From: Pseudomonadota bacterium
Lineage (GTDB): Bacteria > Bdellovibrionota_C > UBA2361 > OMII01
Assembly (NCBI GenBank): GCA_046300175.1
Contig: JBKCMS010000065.1
Location: 11,270 to 75,269 of the forward strand
DNA length: 64,000 nucleotides
Reading direction: 5' to 3'
The notes under the pieces are model-generated. The model saw nothing but the letters and a program-made list of their open reading frames with translations, was not told the origin of the DNA and did no database searches. Both the position numbers and the translations under genes were made by a program. Positions 28,795 to 38,642 of the stretch are shown here, piece by piece. The first letter of the stretch is position 1, and each line of letters starts with the position of its first letter.

Positions 28795-29997
28795 TTACTG
28801 CTGCGCTACTGACCGGGCATCAATTACCCTTTTAGAGATGAGCAGAGCGATCATCGCCAGGGCAGCGCCCACTAGAAACGGAGCATTCGGATTCAGCGTG
28901 AAGAGTGCTCCAGCTGAAGTGGGCCCGATGATCCGCCCCAGTGCAGCAGCTGATTGATTCACTGATAGTCCAAAGCCCTGTTTTGAGTCAGGGGAGGCGA
29001 TAGAAACCAGGCCAGCCATCGATGGATTAAACATGCCGCTACCGAGCGCCAAGGTGGCCCCTGAGATGAGAAATAGCGCGAAGCTGCCACTCCATCCTAA
29101 AATGGGTATAGCGATAAAACTTCCCATTATAACGAGTAGGCCGGAGCGAAAAAGTACCACCTCGCTCTTGGTGCGAAGCCACTTGCGCACTAAAAATCCC
29201 TGCACAAGAGTTGCCGTTATTCCGACAACAACAAGGAACAGGCTAGTAAGGCTAGTGGCTTCCTCTAACGCTAGCGGCGATGTTGGATCAATCCAATGTC
29301 GCTCGATAAAAAGCCCAATGCTTTGCTCCATCAGAGCAAAGGCAGTGATAAACAGCAAAGTAGTGAGCACGAGATAGTGAAGTTGGGGGCCGAGCTCAAA
29401 AAGATCTTTGAGCTTGGGGCGCAGATGCGCTCTGACCGTATTCATCGGGTTGCGAGTCTCCGGGAGGAATAGGGCAACAAAAATAAAATTTATCAGTGCA
29501 AGCATTGCGCCGAAGCTCGCTGGAGCTCGGTGATCAAAATGAAAGAGGATACCTCCCAGTGCCGGTCCGAATATAAAGCCGAGACCAAATGCGGCTCCAA
29601 TAAGCGCCATGGCTCGGCTACGCTCAGAAGCCTCGTGAGTATCAGCGAGTACAGCTTGTGCGGTTGCTATATTGGCAGCTCCAGTGCCGGCAAGAGCCCG
29701 AGCAGCAAACAACATCGCTAGCGATGTGGCTGCTGCAAATGTTGCATGACCGATCAAGGTCAAGGCGATTGTACAGAGTAAGATAGGTCTGCGACCCAAG
29801 CGGTCCGAGAGATTGCCCCACACAGGAGCGATCAGAAACTGCATCAGACTATAGACGGTACCGATCAGGGTCACCGTGGCAGCGCTGGCCCCAAAGTTTT
29901 TGGCAAGAAACGGTTGTGAAGGAATGATCAGACCAAATCCCATTACGTCTAGCAGAACGATGAGGAACACAGCAAGGCGCGGGGAAGGGGTCTTCAT
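28795..29997 (-). CDS. MFS transporter
   Basis: It has 12 TM helices and GNLSDRLGRRPILL, the MFS loop 2-3 signature G-x-L-x-D-R-x-G-R-R. Confidence 0.8.
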   Translation of the reverse strand: MKTPSPRLAVFLIVLLDVMGFGLIIPSQPFLAKNFGASAATVTLIGTVYSLMQFLIAPVWGNLSDRLGRRPILLCTIALTLIGHATFAAATSLAMLFAARALAGTGAANIATAQAVLADTHEASERSRAMALIGAAFGLGFIFGPALGGILFHFDHRAPASFGAMLALINFIFVALFLPETRNPMNTVRAHLRPKLKDLFELGPQLHYLVLTTLLFITAFALMEQSIGLFIERHWIDPTSPLALEEATSLTSLFLVVVGITATLVQGFLVRKWLRTKSEVVLFRSGLLVIMGSFIAIPILGWSGSFALFLISGATLALGSGMFNPSMAGLVSIASPDSKQGFGLSVNQSAAALGRIIGPTSAGALFTLNPNAPFLVGAALAMIALLISKRVIDARSVAQQ

Positions 29998-30297
29998 AAG
30001 ATCGGATGGTAGCTTGATGAGGATAGGTGTACCTGTTTAGCGGGGATGTGGCAACAGACTGGGTGCTTTTGAGCTTATCGGCGATTAGCAAATGTCCGTT
30101 CCAGTGAAACTTGCAAGGCTTTTTCCGTAAATCACTATAGGTTATCGTTCATTTGCTGATCCTAGAATAGATAGCGTTTTCGGAGAGCCAGGCTTTAACT
30201 GCGTACTTTTAAAAACGCTATATCTTCTCGGTTCTTTACGGTATCCCGTCTTTGGCTTAGAGTGATGAGGCCACGAATATTAGGGTAATTTAGCTCC

Positions 30298-31353
30298 ATG
30301 ACTAACGATATATCTCCAGCTAGTTTAGCCAAGCTCTCAGCGTCTTTTGAGCAGCAACTTCGCGACGTTCAGCAGCAGTCAGACATTGAGTTGCTTAAAC
30401 GTGATTGGTTGGCCAAGGAGGGTATCATCAAGGAGCTTTTTAAGGGCCTACGAGACGTTGCGGCTGATCAGAAGCCGGTCGTAGCAGCACAGCTAAACGC
30501 TTTAAAGAATAAGGTAGAGAGCGGGATTGAGGCTAAGGAGCAGGAGTTTAAGCTTGGGGCGCTCCGTAAGCAGCTGGAGGATGAGTATCTGGACCTGTCG
30601 TTACCGGAGATGGGTGGTGGGTTGGGAAGTGTGCATCCGATAACGATTGTCGAAGAGCGCATCACCGAGATTCTGCGGCCATTTGGCTTTGAAAGCGTTA
30701 TGGGCCCTGAAATCGAAACTGAGTATTACTGCTTTGATTCGCTGAATATCCCTGCCCACCACCCTGCTCGTGACATGCAAGACACGTTTTATACTGAGAC
30801 CGGGCACGTGTTGAGAACGCATACAACTGCCGTCCAGGCCCGCATGCTGCAAAATAGAGCCCTTTTTCAGGGTAAAAAGCTTCCCTTAAAGGTGGCTTCG
30901 TTTGGCAAGGTCTATCGTAACGAGAATGAGGATGCATCGCACCAGGCAGTCTTTCACCAGTACGAGCTCGTTTGGGTTGAGAAGGGACTGACTTTGTCTA
31001 ATTTGCAGGCGCTGATTACACATATTCTCAAAGAGCTATACGGCAAGCGCCGAAAGGTGCAATTTGTCCCAAAATTCTATCCGTACACAGAGCCAAGTAT
31101 CGGTCCGCGTATAGACTGTGCGATCTGTCGGGGCGCTGGATGTCCGGCGTGCGGAAGCTCGGGGTGGGTGACTGTGGCAGGGGCAGGTATGATTCACCGT
31201 AATGTATTAGCCGAGTTTGGTTTTGATCCGAGCGAGGTATCAGGATTCGCTTTTGGTTTGGGAACATCGCGCTTAGCGGCCCAACTCTTCAATCTGCCGC
31301 ATTTAAGAGCAGTATACGAGAACGATTTACGGGTTTTGCGGGAGGTTGTATGA
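30298..31353 (+). CDS. pheS: Phenylalanine--tRNA ligase alpha subunit
   Basis: It has class II aaRS motifs (FYTETGHVLRTHTT, GFAFGLGTSRLA) and a Cys4 knuckle CAICRGAGCPACG in the catalytic-domain loop. Confidence 0.9.
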   Translation: MTNDISPASLAKLSASFEQQLRDVQQQSDIELLKRDWLAKEGIIKELFKGLRDVAADQKPVVAAQLNALKNKVESGIEAKEQEFKLGALRKQLEDEYLDLSLPEMGGGLGSVHPITIVEERITEILRPFGFESVMGPEIETEYYCFDSLNIPAHHPARDMQDTFYTETGHVLRTHTTAVQARMLQNRALFQGKKLPLKVASFGKVYRNENEDASHQAVFHQYELVWVEKGLTLSNLQALITHILKELYGKRRKVQFVPKFYPYTEPSIGPRIDCAICRGAGCPACGSSGWVTVAGAGMIHRNVLAEFGFDPSEVSGFAFGLGTSRLAAQLFNLPHLRAVYENDLRVLREVV

Positions 31354-33476
31354 AGTTTCACGTTAGGCTTGTAGAGAAATTCCTAGAGTTGCCCGAATGT
31401 CAGGTCGATGCTGCTGGAACTTCGCCGCTGCGGCATACCCTCGATGACATCGGACTTGAGGTTAAGGGAGTCGAGGCCAGTAGTGATGCAGGGGTGGTGT
31501 TTACCATCGAGACCCTTGCAAATCGTGGTGACCACCTCTACGCGCTCGGAGTAGCACGTGAGATATCAGCGCGTACTTTGGCGCAAATCAGCATGCCAAC
31601 CATTGCCGGTCAGCTCAGTGACCGCAAAGCATCGATCGTAGTTCGACGTGCCACCGATAAGTGTTCGCGTTATGCGCTCCTAGAGATGAGCCTACCGAAT
31701 CCAATGCCTTTGAGGAACGATGTAGCAGTCTTCATCGAGGAGCCTGGAAAAAGACACGCGATAGTCGATCTGCTCAATTTTGTGCAGATGGAATTGGGTC
31801 AGCCTATGCATGCATTTGATGCCAGTAAGGTTGACGGCGAGATCACAATCGATTGTGCGACCAAATTAGAGCAGGTAGAAGCGCTTGACGGGAAAACATA
31901 TCAGGTACCCGAGGGATCGATTTTGATTCGCGATCGCAAGAAGATACTAGCTGTTGCTGGAGTCATCGGATGTTCCAACAGTATGGTAACTGCCGAAACA
32001 ACTAAGGTCTACGTTGAGGCGGCGATCTTTGATCCGGTTTCTGTGAGGAAGACCGCCCGAGCCATGGGGCTCTCAACCGATGCATCGTACGCGTTTGAGC
32101 GAGGTGTTGACCCAGAGGGGATATCCCAGGCGCTCAAGCGCTTAGTCTACTTGGCGGGTGGTTCAGCCGGAGCAGCTAAAGACACGGGGGCAGCCCACGT
32201 CATTGGATATTCTTATGTCGAGTCAAACCCGCCAGAAAAACGGAAGCTGAGAGCTTCGCTCAGTTACATAAAGGAGCAACTAAATCTGCCGCGACTTGAG
32301 GAGTTGGAGGTCGTCACTCGCTTTAAAAACCTAGGATATGGCGTAGAGGTCACGCCAGTGGGCAAGGATCGCGAGCTGACTTTGCTTGTGCCTTCCTGGC
32401 GTCTTTACGACGTGGCGGGGATTGATGATCTGCTAGAAGATATCGCGCGTTCTGTTAGTCTTAATCGTGTGCGGCAGGAGCTCCCATCGCTGCAATACGA
32501 GGTATTGCCACGAAATCCAATTGAGGTCATACAATCAACCGTGCGGCCAGCACTGCGTGGATCTGGATTTGTAGAGGTAGTCACGCGCGGGTTTTATTCC
32601 GCGGCAGAGGTGCAGCTGTTAGATAGTCTGCACAAAGGCGTAGCTGCTCGACACGTCGCGGTCAAGAACTCGCTTGAGGCGAGCAATTCGCATATGAAAT
32701 ATTCTAATGTGGTGTTCCTCGCCCGTATTCTCGGAGCTAACCTAAAACGCGGAGTTGTAGCTCCTAAAGTATACGACTATACAAGGGTCTTTTCTTTGCC
32801 AGAGGAGGCCGTGACTGACGATCCTCGTCAGCGCGAGGATTTGGAGTATAACTACGAGCACGATGTGTTGACCTTGGCATCAGCTGGAAGGTGGACGGAA
32901 TCAGATTGGCGCAAGGGAGAGACTCTTGAGGAGTACAGTAGATTGTTCAAAGGGAGCATAGCCGCAGTAATCAAGAGCCTTGGAGCTGTGTTCTCTGTGG
33001 GCAAGAGTACCGACCCTTTTCTGCACCCAGGAATGCAAGCTTCGATTAAGATGGGGCGCAATGTAGTCGGCGTGTTCGGTGTGATTCATCCAACTATTAG
33101 AGAAGCGTGTGATCTACGGGTACCGGCTATGTATGGCGAGTTTGACTTGCGTCTTGTGCGAAAGTTCATGGGCAAGACTGAGAGTGTTGAGTTGAGCGAC
33201 TTGCCAGCTATCACACGCGATATAACACTGATGGTTGAGGCTAAAGAGCAGGCTGGACGGGTAGTGCGGCTGATTCGTGAGGCCCAGATCGCTACGCTCA
33301 AAGATGTGCAGATAGCCGATGACTTCACTAAGTCGGGAGAGGCATGTAGGCGAGTTACTTATCGAGTAGTGTTCCAGAGCAGGGAGCGCACCCTCAAGCA
33401 CGAGGAAGTTGACTCGGCGATGAGCCAAATCTTAACAGACCTTAAAGATAAACATGGTATCCTACTCGCTCAGTAG
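31350..33476 (+). CDS. pheT: Phenylalanine--tRNA ligase beta subunit (short form lacking the internal tRNA-binding/EMAP domain)
   Basis: LNFVQMELGQPMHAFD (B3/B4), FERGVDP and the C-terminal anticodon-binding FDVY-like region are present. At 708 aa it is ~90 aa shorter than E. coli PheT, with the N-terminal region jumping from B1 directly to B2. Confidence 0.9.
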   Translation: MKFHVRLVEKFLELPECQVDAAGTSPLRHTLDDIGLEVKGVEASSDAGVVFTIETLANRGDHLYALGVAREISARTLAQISMPTIAGQLSDRKASIVVRRATDKCSRYALLEMSLPNPMPLRNDVAVFIEEPGKRHAIVDLLNFVQMELGQPMHAFDASKVDGEITIDCATKLEQVEALDGKTYQVPEGSILIRDRKKILAVAGVIGCSNSMVTAETTKVYVEAAIFDPVSVRKTARAMGLSTDASYAFERGVDPEGISQALKRLVYLAGGSAGAAKDTGAAHVIGYSYVESNPPEKRKLRASLSYIKEQLNLPRLEELEVVTRFKNLGYGVEVTPVGKDRELTLLVPSWRLYDVAGIDDLLEDIARSVSLNRVRQELPSLQYEVLPRNPIEVIQSTVRPALRGSGFVEVVTRGFYSAAEVQLLDSLHKGVAARHVAVKNSLEASNSHMKYSNVVFLARILGANLKRGVVAPKVYDYTRVFSLPEEAVTDDPRQREDLEYNYEHDVLTLASAGRWTESDWRKGETLEEYSRLFKGSIAAVIKSLGAVFSVGKSTDPFLHPGMQASIKMGRNVVGVFGVIHPTIREACDLRVPAMYGEFDLRLVRKFMGKTESVELSDLPAITRDITLMVEAKEQAGRVVRLIREAQIATLKDVQIADDFTKSGEACRRVTYRVVFQSRERTLKHEEVDSAMSQILTDLKDKHGILLAQ

Positions 33477-33529
33477 AGCGAATTATGAGGGCCAGTTATC
33501 GTCGACAGGTGATTTATAACTCCACAGCG

Positions 33530-33820
33530 ATGGTCGCGATACTGTGTTGCAGTGCTTGCACCTCTCGACCAGCCATAGTTGCTGATCCTCCGCGGCATAC
33601 ACATGCTCCACCTGAGCTTGTACCGTGGGAAGAGGAGTACGCACGTATGCGCCCACGGCCAGAGATCTTTGATGAGACAGTTAACGGCGAGGAACAACAT
33701 GGATTTAACGGCACACTCGTCGAAGCCAATGAAGATGACTCCGGAGTGCTCAACACAGTGGCTGATGTATTTGCCTTTCCATTTAGGGGCGTTGGGTGGC
33801 TGTTGGAACAGGTATTTTAA
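33530..33820 (+). CDS. Small putative lipoprotein
   Basis: MVAILCCSAC is a lipobox-like signal. It has no homology anchor and may be spurious. Confidence 0.25.
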   Translation: MVAILCCSACTSRPAIVADPPRHTHAPPELVPWEEEYARMRPRPEIFDETVNGEEQHGFNGTLVEANEDDSGVLNTVADVFAFPFRGVGWLLEQVF

Positions 33821-33984
33821 TCCAGCCTTGCTCTTTTTTTAAGGGTGGTAGACGGTTCTAATAAGTACTAAGGAGCATGCTCATGTGATTTGCTGATTAA
33901 AACAGCGCATTGAGACCTCTGATCCCCTCTGGTTGCCAATTAGTTACGTCGATGACCTTTTCAAGAATGAATCAGGCTGGGTTA

Positions 33985-34584
33985 TCACACCCCAGGAGTA
34001 GCACGTGCTGGACGTGAGGCTCCTGGAACCCACAGATACTCCGGCTTGTTTTCTGCGCGGACCACTGCCCGCGCCATTACAAACAACAGGTCGCTCAATC
34101 GATTTATGTATCCCAGGATGTGAAGCGATACAGGCTCAATTTTATGAAGCTTACAGATATGCCTCTCGGCGCGTCTGCAAACGGTGCGAGCTACGTGTAT
34201 CTGAGCTGAGATAAGCGAACCTCCGGGCAGGATAAAAGAACGCAGAGGAGGCAGCGCTTCGTTAAGGGTGTCGATCCAGAGCTCTAATTGTTTGATGTGT
34301 TCAGGTCCGGCTTTCAGCATTCCTTCCCAGTGGGCCTCCGCTGGTGTTGCGAGTTCGGCTCCGATATCGAAAAGCTCATTTTGTATAGTAGTGATGATGT
34401 CACTGATCAGCGATGTGGTTGGTCCTGATAATAGCTCTTTACACAGGCCTAGCTGTGAGTTGAGTTCATCAACATCGCCGTATGCCTCAACTTTGATGGC
34501 GTCTTTGTCTATTCGCGCACCGCCAACTAGGCCGGTTGAACCCGAGTCTCCGGTACGAGTGTATATCTTATTTAGGTTAACCAT
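33985..34584 (-). CDS. PduO-type ATP:cob(I)alamin adenosyltransferase
   Basis: The N-terminus MVNLNKIYTRTGDSGSTGL is the hallmark of the PduO/MMAB family, and the size is ~190 aa. Confidence 0.8.
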   Translation of the reverse strand: MVNLNKIYTRTGDSGSTGLVGGARIDKDAIKVEAYGDVDELNSQLGLCKELLSGPTTSLISDIITTIQNELFDIGAELATPAEAHWEGMLKAGPEHIKQLELWIDTLNEALPPLRSFILPGGSLISAQIHVARTVCRRAERHICKLHKIEPVSLHILGYINRLSDLLFVMARAVVRAENKPEYLWVPGASRPARATPGV

Positions 34585-34614
34585 TGGTGATACCTCCTTG
34601 GGTTTGAAAGTGTG

Positions 34615-34878
34615 CTACTCGGCAAGCAAACCTCTAAGCTGCTCAAGGTCGCTTGGGTTACTGGGAAGAGGGTCGGCGACTTCATCGACGGCAGGATAGT
34701 CAGCCGAGCCGCTATTTTCTAACTCTGAAGATGGAGAAGCTGATTTTGCCGGCACGTCATAACTTTCGTCGGCCGCCGGTGGAGACGACATAATGTGAAT
34801 GCCCAGATAGGGGGAGAGTAATAGAGCGGCAGCTATCAAGGCGAGCCATAGTAATATAGGAGGAGGGGAGGTCTTCAC
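34615..34878 (-). CDS. Small membrane-anchored acidic protein (hypothetical)
   Basis: One N-terminal TM helix is followed by a Pro/Ser/Asp-rich tail. It lies upstream on the same strand as the PduO-type gene. Confidence 0.3.
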   Translation of the reverse strand: MKTSPPPILLWLALIAAALLLSPYLGIHIMSSPPAADESYDVPAKSASPSSELENSGSADYPAVDEVADPLPSNPSDLEQLRGLLAE

Positions 34879-35272
34879 AAATATCGTTTTACCTCTTCGG
34901 GGATCCGGAAGCTATACTAGGGTACTAAATAATGCAGCCACGAGCCGTGGTTGCCCACCACCGGCGGTGAGCTGAGCCGTTTGTAACCAATCCGACATCT
35001 TACAATTTCTAGGAGGGGATTTCCAGGTAAATCATGCTGTTGGGCATATTTGCATGTCCGTACTGCAGGATTGGCGTGGCACGGGTCAGGATTGAACGTG
35101 CGCCCTCAAGCAAGGCGTGGAAGATGTAGCTAAGCATTCAGCTCTTGAGTGACATACGAGATTCACCGATAGAGTTAGTGAGCGGTGAGATTTGAGGCGG
35201 TGTCGAAAGAGGCGCCTATGACTTTTTATTTTTGTCAGGGCGCCGTTTAGATTAGCAACAAATAGAGCAGAC

Positions 35273-36286
35273 ATGAGTTCCTATCACGAATCAGGCGAGA
35301 ACAGGCGGGAATTTAAGCGCAAGGGGCAAGCGTTGGGCGGTTTTCGTGCGGCGGGCCTTAGCGATACCGGTTGTGAACGTGAATCCAACGAGGATCGTTT
35401 TTTAATTGAGACACAGGAAGAGGGAGGCGGGTATTTCGTCTTTGATGGAATGGGCGGCCAGCCAGCTGGAGAAACAGCTGCAGCTATAGCGGAGGATGTA
35501 ATACGTGAGATGCTGCTCAGGTCTGAGGGAGGAGACATCGAATCTTTAATGGTTCGGGCAATTGAGTCCGCCCAGGAGGAGATTCTTCAACGACATGAAG
35601 ACCCGACCTCAGTGGGAATGGGTACAACGGCAGTCGGGGTGATAATGCTCGGCAATCGACTTGTCGTAGGAGCAGTCGGCGATTCACGTGCATACCATAT
35701 CAATAGATCGACTATTAGTCAGATCACCAATGATCACACCCTAGTGCAGCAACTAGTTGATGCTGGCCAGATATCGTCTCATGATGCGCTTGTTCATCCT
35801 CAGTCGCACGTTCTCACCCGTTGTCTCGGCTCAAGGGTAGACTTTAGCGTAGATATCCGTTGCTATGCTCTCAAGCGGTCTGCGCTTAAAGGTACGCCCG
35901 AGGAGTGGCTGCTTCTCTGCTCTGACGGCCTATACAGTTTGGTTTCTGACGAGGAGATGAGGACCTTGGTAGTTCAGCTGTCTGCTGATGACGCGGTTAG
36001 TAAACTTGTGGAGCTAGCTCGGTCTAGGGGAGGTTTTGACAATATCACAGCGGTAATCGTCCCCATTTGCGGCCGATTGGTGGCTGAGTCTGAGGAATCG
36101 GATGCTTCGGGGGATTTTGGCAGTTCGCCATATGCACCCCGTAATTTTCGAGGGCCATCTGAACTTGAGAGTGGGAGCGCGATTCAAGATGAATCGGTGT
36201 TGTCTTGGCGTCGTCTGGGCGCTGTTATTGTCTTGAGCGCGATTGTATCAATTTTATCGGTAATAGGATTGCAATTTTTACGATGA
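35273..36286 (+). CDS. PP2C-family Ser/Thr protein phosphatase with a C-terminal TM anchor
   Basis: FVFDGMGG, GTTAVGVIMLGNRLVVGAVGDSRAY and DNITAVIV are PP2C motifs 1, 2, 8 and 11. The C-terminus has a hydrophobic helix. Confidence 0.8.
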   Translation: MSSYHESGENRREFKRKGQALGGFRAAGLSDTGCERESNEDRFLIETQEEGGGYFVFDGMGGQPAGETAAAIAEDVIREMLLRSEGGDIESLMVRAIESAQEEILQRHEDPTSVGMGTTAVGVIMLGNRLVVGAVGDSRAYHINRSTISQITNDHTLVQQLVDAGQISSHDALVHPQSHVLTRCLGSRVDFSVDIRCYALKRSALKGTPEEWLLLCSDGLYSLVSDEEMRTLVVQLSADDAVSKLVELARSRGGFDNITAVIVPICGRLVAESEESDASGDFGSSPYAPRNFRGPSELESGSAIQDESVLSWRRLGAVIVLSAIVSILSVIGLQFLR

Positions 36287-36299
36287 GACAGGAGCTGGT

Positions 36300-37193
36300 A
36301 TGAGCACGGATGCAAATGACAAGGTTCAGTCGAAGTTTCCGCGTGCCTCTTTGAGAGCGCGTAACAAGACTATGATGATTACTCCTGCTGATGTAGCGGA
36401 CTTTCAGGTGCGACCTGATGAACGGGGAATGTCAGCGATCGATCTAGACGACATATTCGAGGACTCACTTGTTGATCAAGAAAATCTTCAACAAAGCAGC
36501 TCGCCGGAATCGACACGAGTTTTTGACAACATGACGGGTGATAAACAGGAAGTCGGTAAGTCAGCCATGAATGCTCTGCAAGATGCTTTAGGGGAAGAGA
36601 TTGAAGACGTTCCTGAGGTAGCAGACCCGATCATTCGGTCGGTTAGATCAACTGAACCGGTGTCTTTCGCATCATTTGATAAGCCAACAATCAGCGGAGG
36701 AGGAGTTATGGGCCAAGGATATCAGAACTACTCTGGAGGCTCTAGCAGCATTCTCGATAGTGCGGCCGAAGAGTTAGCCGATAGTTCAAGCGGGATGCTG
36801 GATAGTACTGCAGAAGATTATGTGGACTGGAGGAAGGAAACTAAGTTGGTAGGTTTCCTGGTGTCGTACGCGCGTGATCCGCGCGGCAGCTATGTAGAGC
36901 TACGCGAGGGAAGGTTGCTGGTGTCAAACGCTAAGGTTGCCGGTGATAGCTGTTTGGTGATCCGCCACGAATCGGTCTCTCCAATGCACGCGATTATGCG
37001 CGTAGCGGCCGATGGCTCGATTCTGATTTTAGACCAGTTGTCGGAGCGCGGAACGCGCATACACAGAGTCGATAGTGACAAAGAGGAATCGCTGATGGGC
37101 GACAAATCCACGATTTGTCACGGCGATGTGGTAGTATTCGGTGAGTGCGAGTATCATGTGGTCATATTAGGTTCTGCGGCTCTCCGTAGGTAG
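36300..37193 (+). CDS. FHA-domain protein with a disordered N-terminal half
   Basis: The C-terminal part GRLLVSNAKVAGDSCLVIRHESVSPMHAIMRV...ILDQLSERGTRIHRV shows an FHA fold pattern (GR...SR/H...N). Confidence 0.7.
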   Translation: MSTDANDKVQSKFPRASLRARNKTMMITPADVADFQVRPDERGMSAIDLDDIFEDSLVDQENLQQSSSPESTRVFDNMTGDKQEVGKSAMNALQDALGEEIEDVPEVADPIIRSVRSTEPVSFASFDKPTISGGGVMGQGYQNYSGGSSSILDSAAEELADSSSGMLDSTAEDYVDWRKETKLVGFLVSYARDPRGSYVELREGRLLVSNAKVAGDSCLVIRHESVSPMHAIMRVAADGSILILDQLSERGTRIHRVDSDKEESLMGDKSTICHGDVVVFGECEYHVVILGSAALRR

Positions 37194-37244
37194 GTCCATT
37201 TGAAACACAGGTCCGTTAATTATAGGCACGGTAAGGATTAGTAG

Positions 37245-38642
37245 ATGAACGAGTCCCATGTAACAACTCTTCAGCCAGGAACGGTGATAGGAGGTAAGTA
37301 TGAGGTGGTAAAGTGCCTCGGTGCAGGCAGCATGGGTATGGTGTATGCCTGTCGCCACCGTGACCTACAGGGACAGCTTGTAGCAGCCAAGGTTCTATTT
37401 AATGAGGTAGCCTCAGATAAAGTTGCCGCGGCTCGCTTTAAGAATGAGATTTTAGCCTCATATGGAGTCTCGCACCCGAACGTGGTGCGCGCATACGAGT
37501 TCATCAAGGACGGCGATCTAGTTGCATACACTATGGAATTCATCGGTGGGGGTGATCTGGCTGATCGCATGAGTCGACCAGAGCTATTGAGTATCGCAGA
37601 GATAATCCGTTTGTTGAGCCAGATGACGGCAGGGGTTCAAGCGATTCATGATGCAGGTATCGTACATAGGGATCTTAAACCAGAGAACATCCTCCTGACC
37701 AATGAGGGCACCGTAAAGATTGCGGATTTTGGAATAGCCAGGAAGACCGATGGTCCTAAGCTTACCGAGCACGGAGGAGTGGTCGGAACTTTGGAGTATG
37801 TTTCTCCTGAGTACATGCTACGTTCTCAGGTAGATTGGCGATCTGATATTTATGCCATCGGTGTCCTGGCTTATGAGTTAATAACTGGAGAGCCGCCATT
37901 TAAGGGAGATAGCGCGTACGCCTCTATCAGTAGGAGGCTTCAAACTGATCCATATTCTCCGAGCCGCTTTAGAGTGGAGTGCCCGATCGGCTTAGACAAG
38001 ATAGTACTCAAGGCGTTACAGCGCGATCCAGATGAGCGTTACCAGTCGGCGATGGAGATGTTTTACGATCTTCAGCAGGTGGCAGCGGTGCTGGGCATAG
38101 CTGAGGCCAGCTCGTCTGGAATACTGATTCCACCCGCATCTATGTTGGCCGGCAAGAGGTATGTAGGCCCAACTCTGAGTAAGGCCGTGGAGCCAGGAGC
38201 GCAGCCGACTGAGACACAGTTTTTAACATCTGATGGTTCGATCGATTTTCAAGGTGTTGGGCCTTTACCATCTGGCGGTATGATTACTTATGCTGATGCA
38301 GACGATGAGTCTCGTGAGCGCCAATCTACCGATTATCTCGAACCGGCAGATATTCTAGATCGACTCGGCCGAGGGCGTGTCAGAGTTAACGATACGGAAG
38401 TCCCTCTGTCTGGAGCTGGGGCTCTTCAGACAAAAAGGTATAGCGGCGCAAAGCGTGTTGGCGGCGAGGCGGCCAGATCTAGCGCCGACAGTAGCTCTGT
38501 TGATGATGGACGCTCGCCTGCGCTTGATATGCTGATTTTGTTCTTTGCTGCCTTGAGTGGCGTAGGGGTAGGGTATCTGTTTCTGCGCCTGATAGCCCCA
38601 TCATTCTTGGCGAAGATCGGAGTATTTGGCTTAGGGTCATGA
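37245..38642 (+). CDS. Hanks-type Ser/Thr protein kinase, membrane-anchored
   Basis: The glycine loop is GAGSMGMVY, the catalytic Lys is VAAKVL, the catalytic loop is HRDLKPENILL, the DFG motif is DFGIA, and the APE-like motif is SPE. There is a C-terminal TM helix. Confidence 0.9.
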   Translation: MNESHVTTLQPGTVIGGKYEVVKCLGAGSMGMVYACRHRDLQGQLVAAKVLFNEVASDKVAAARFKNEILASYGVSHPNVVRAYEFIKDGDLVAYTMEFIGGGDLADRMSRPELLSIAEIIRLLSQMTAGVQAIHDAGIVHRDLKPENILLTNEGTVKIADFGIARKTDGPKLTEHGGVVGTLEYVSPEYMLRSQVDWRSDIYAIGVLAYELITGEPPFKGDSAYASISRRLQTDPYSPSRFRVECPIGLDKIVLKALQRDPDERYQSAMEMFYDLQQVAAVLGIAEASSSGILIPPASMLAGKRYVGPTLSKAVEPGAQPTETQFLTSDGSIDFQGVGPLPSGGMITYADADDESRERQSTDYLEPADILDRLGRGRVRVNDTEVPLSGAGALQTKRYSGAKRVGGEAARSSADSSSVDDGRSPALDMLILFFAALSGVGVGYLFLRLIAPSFLAKIGVFGLGS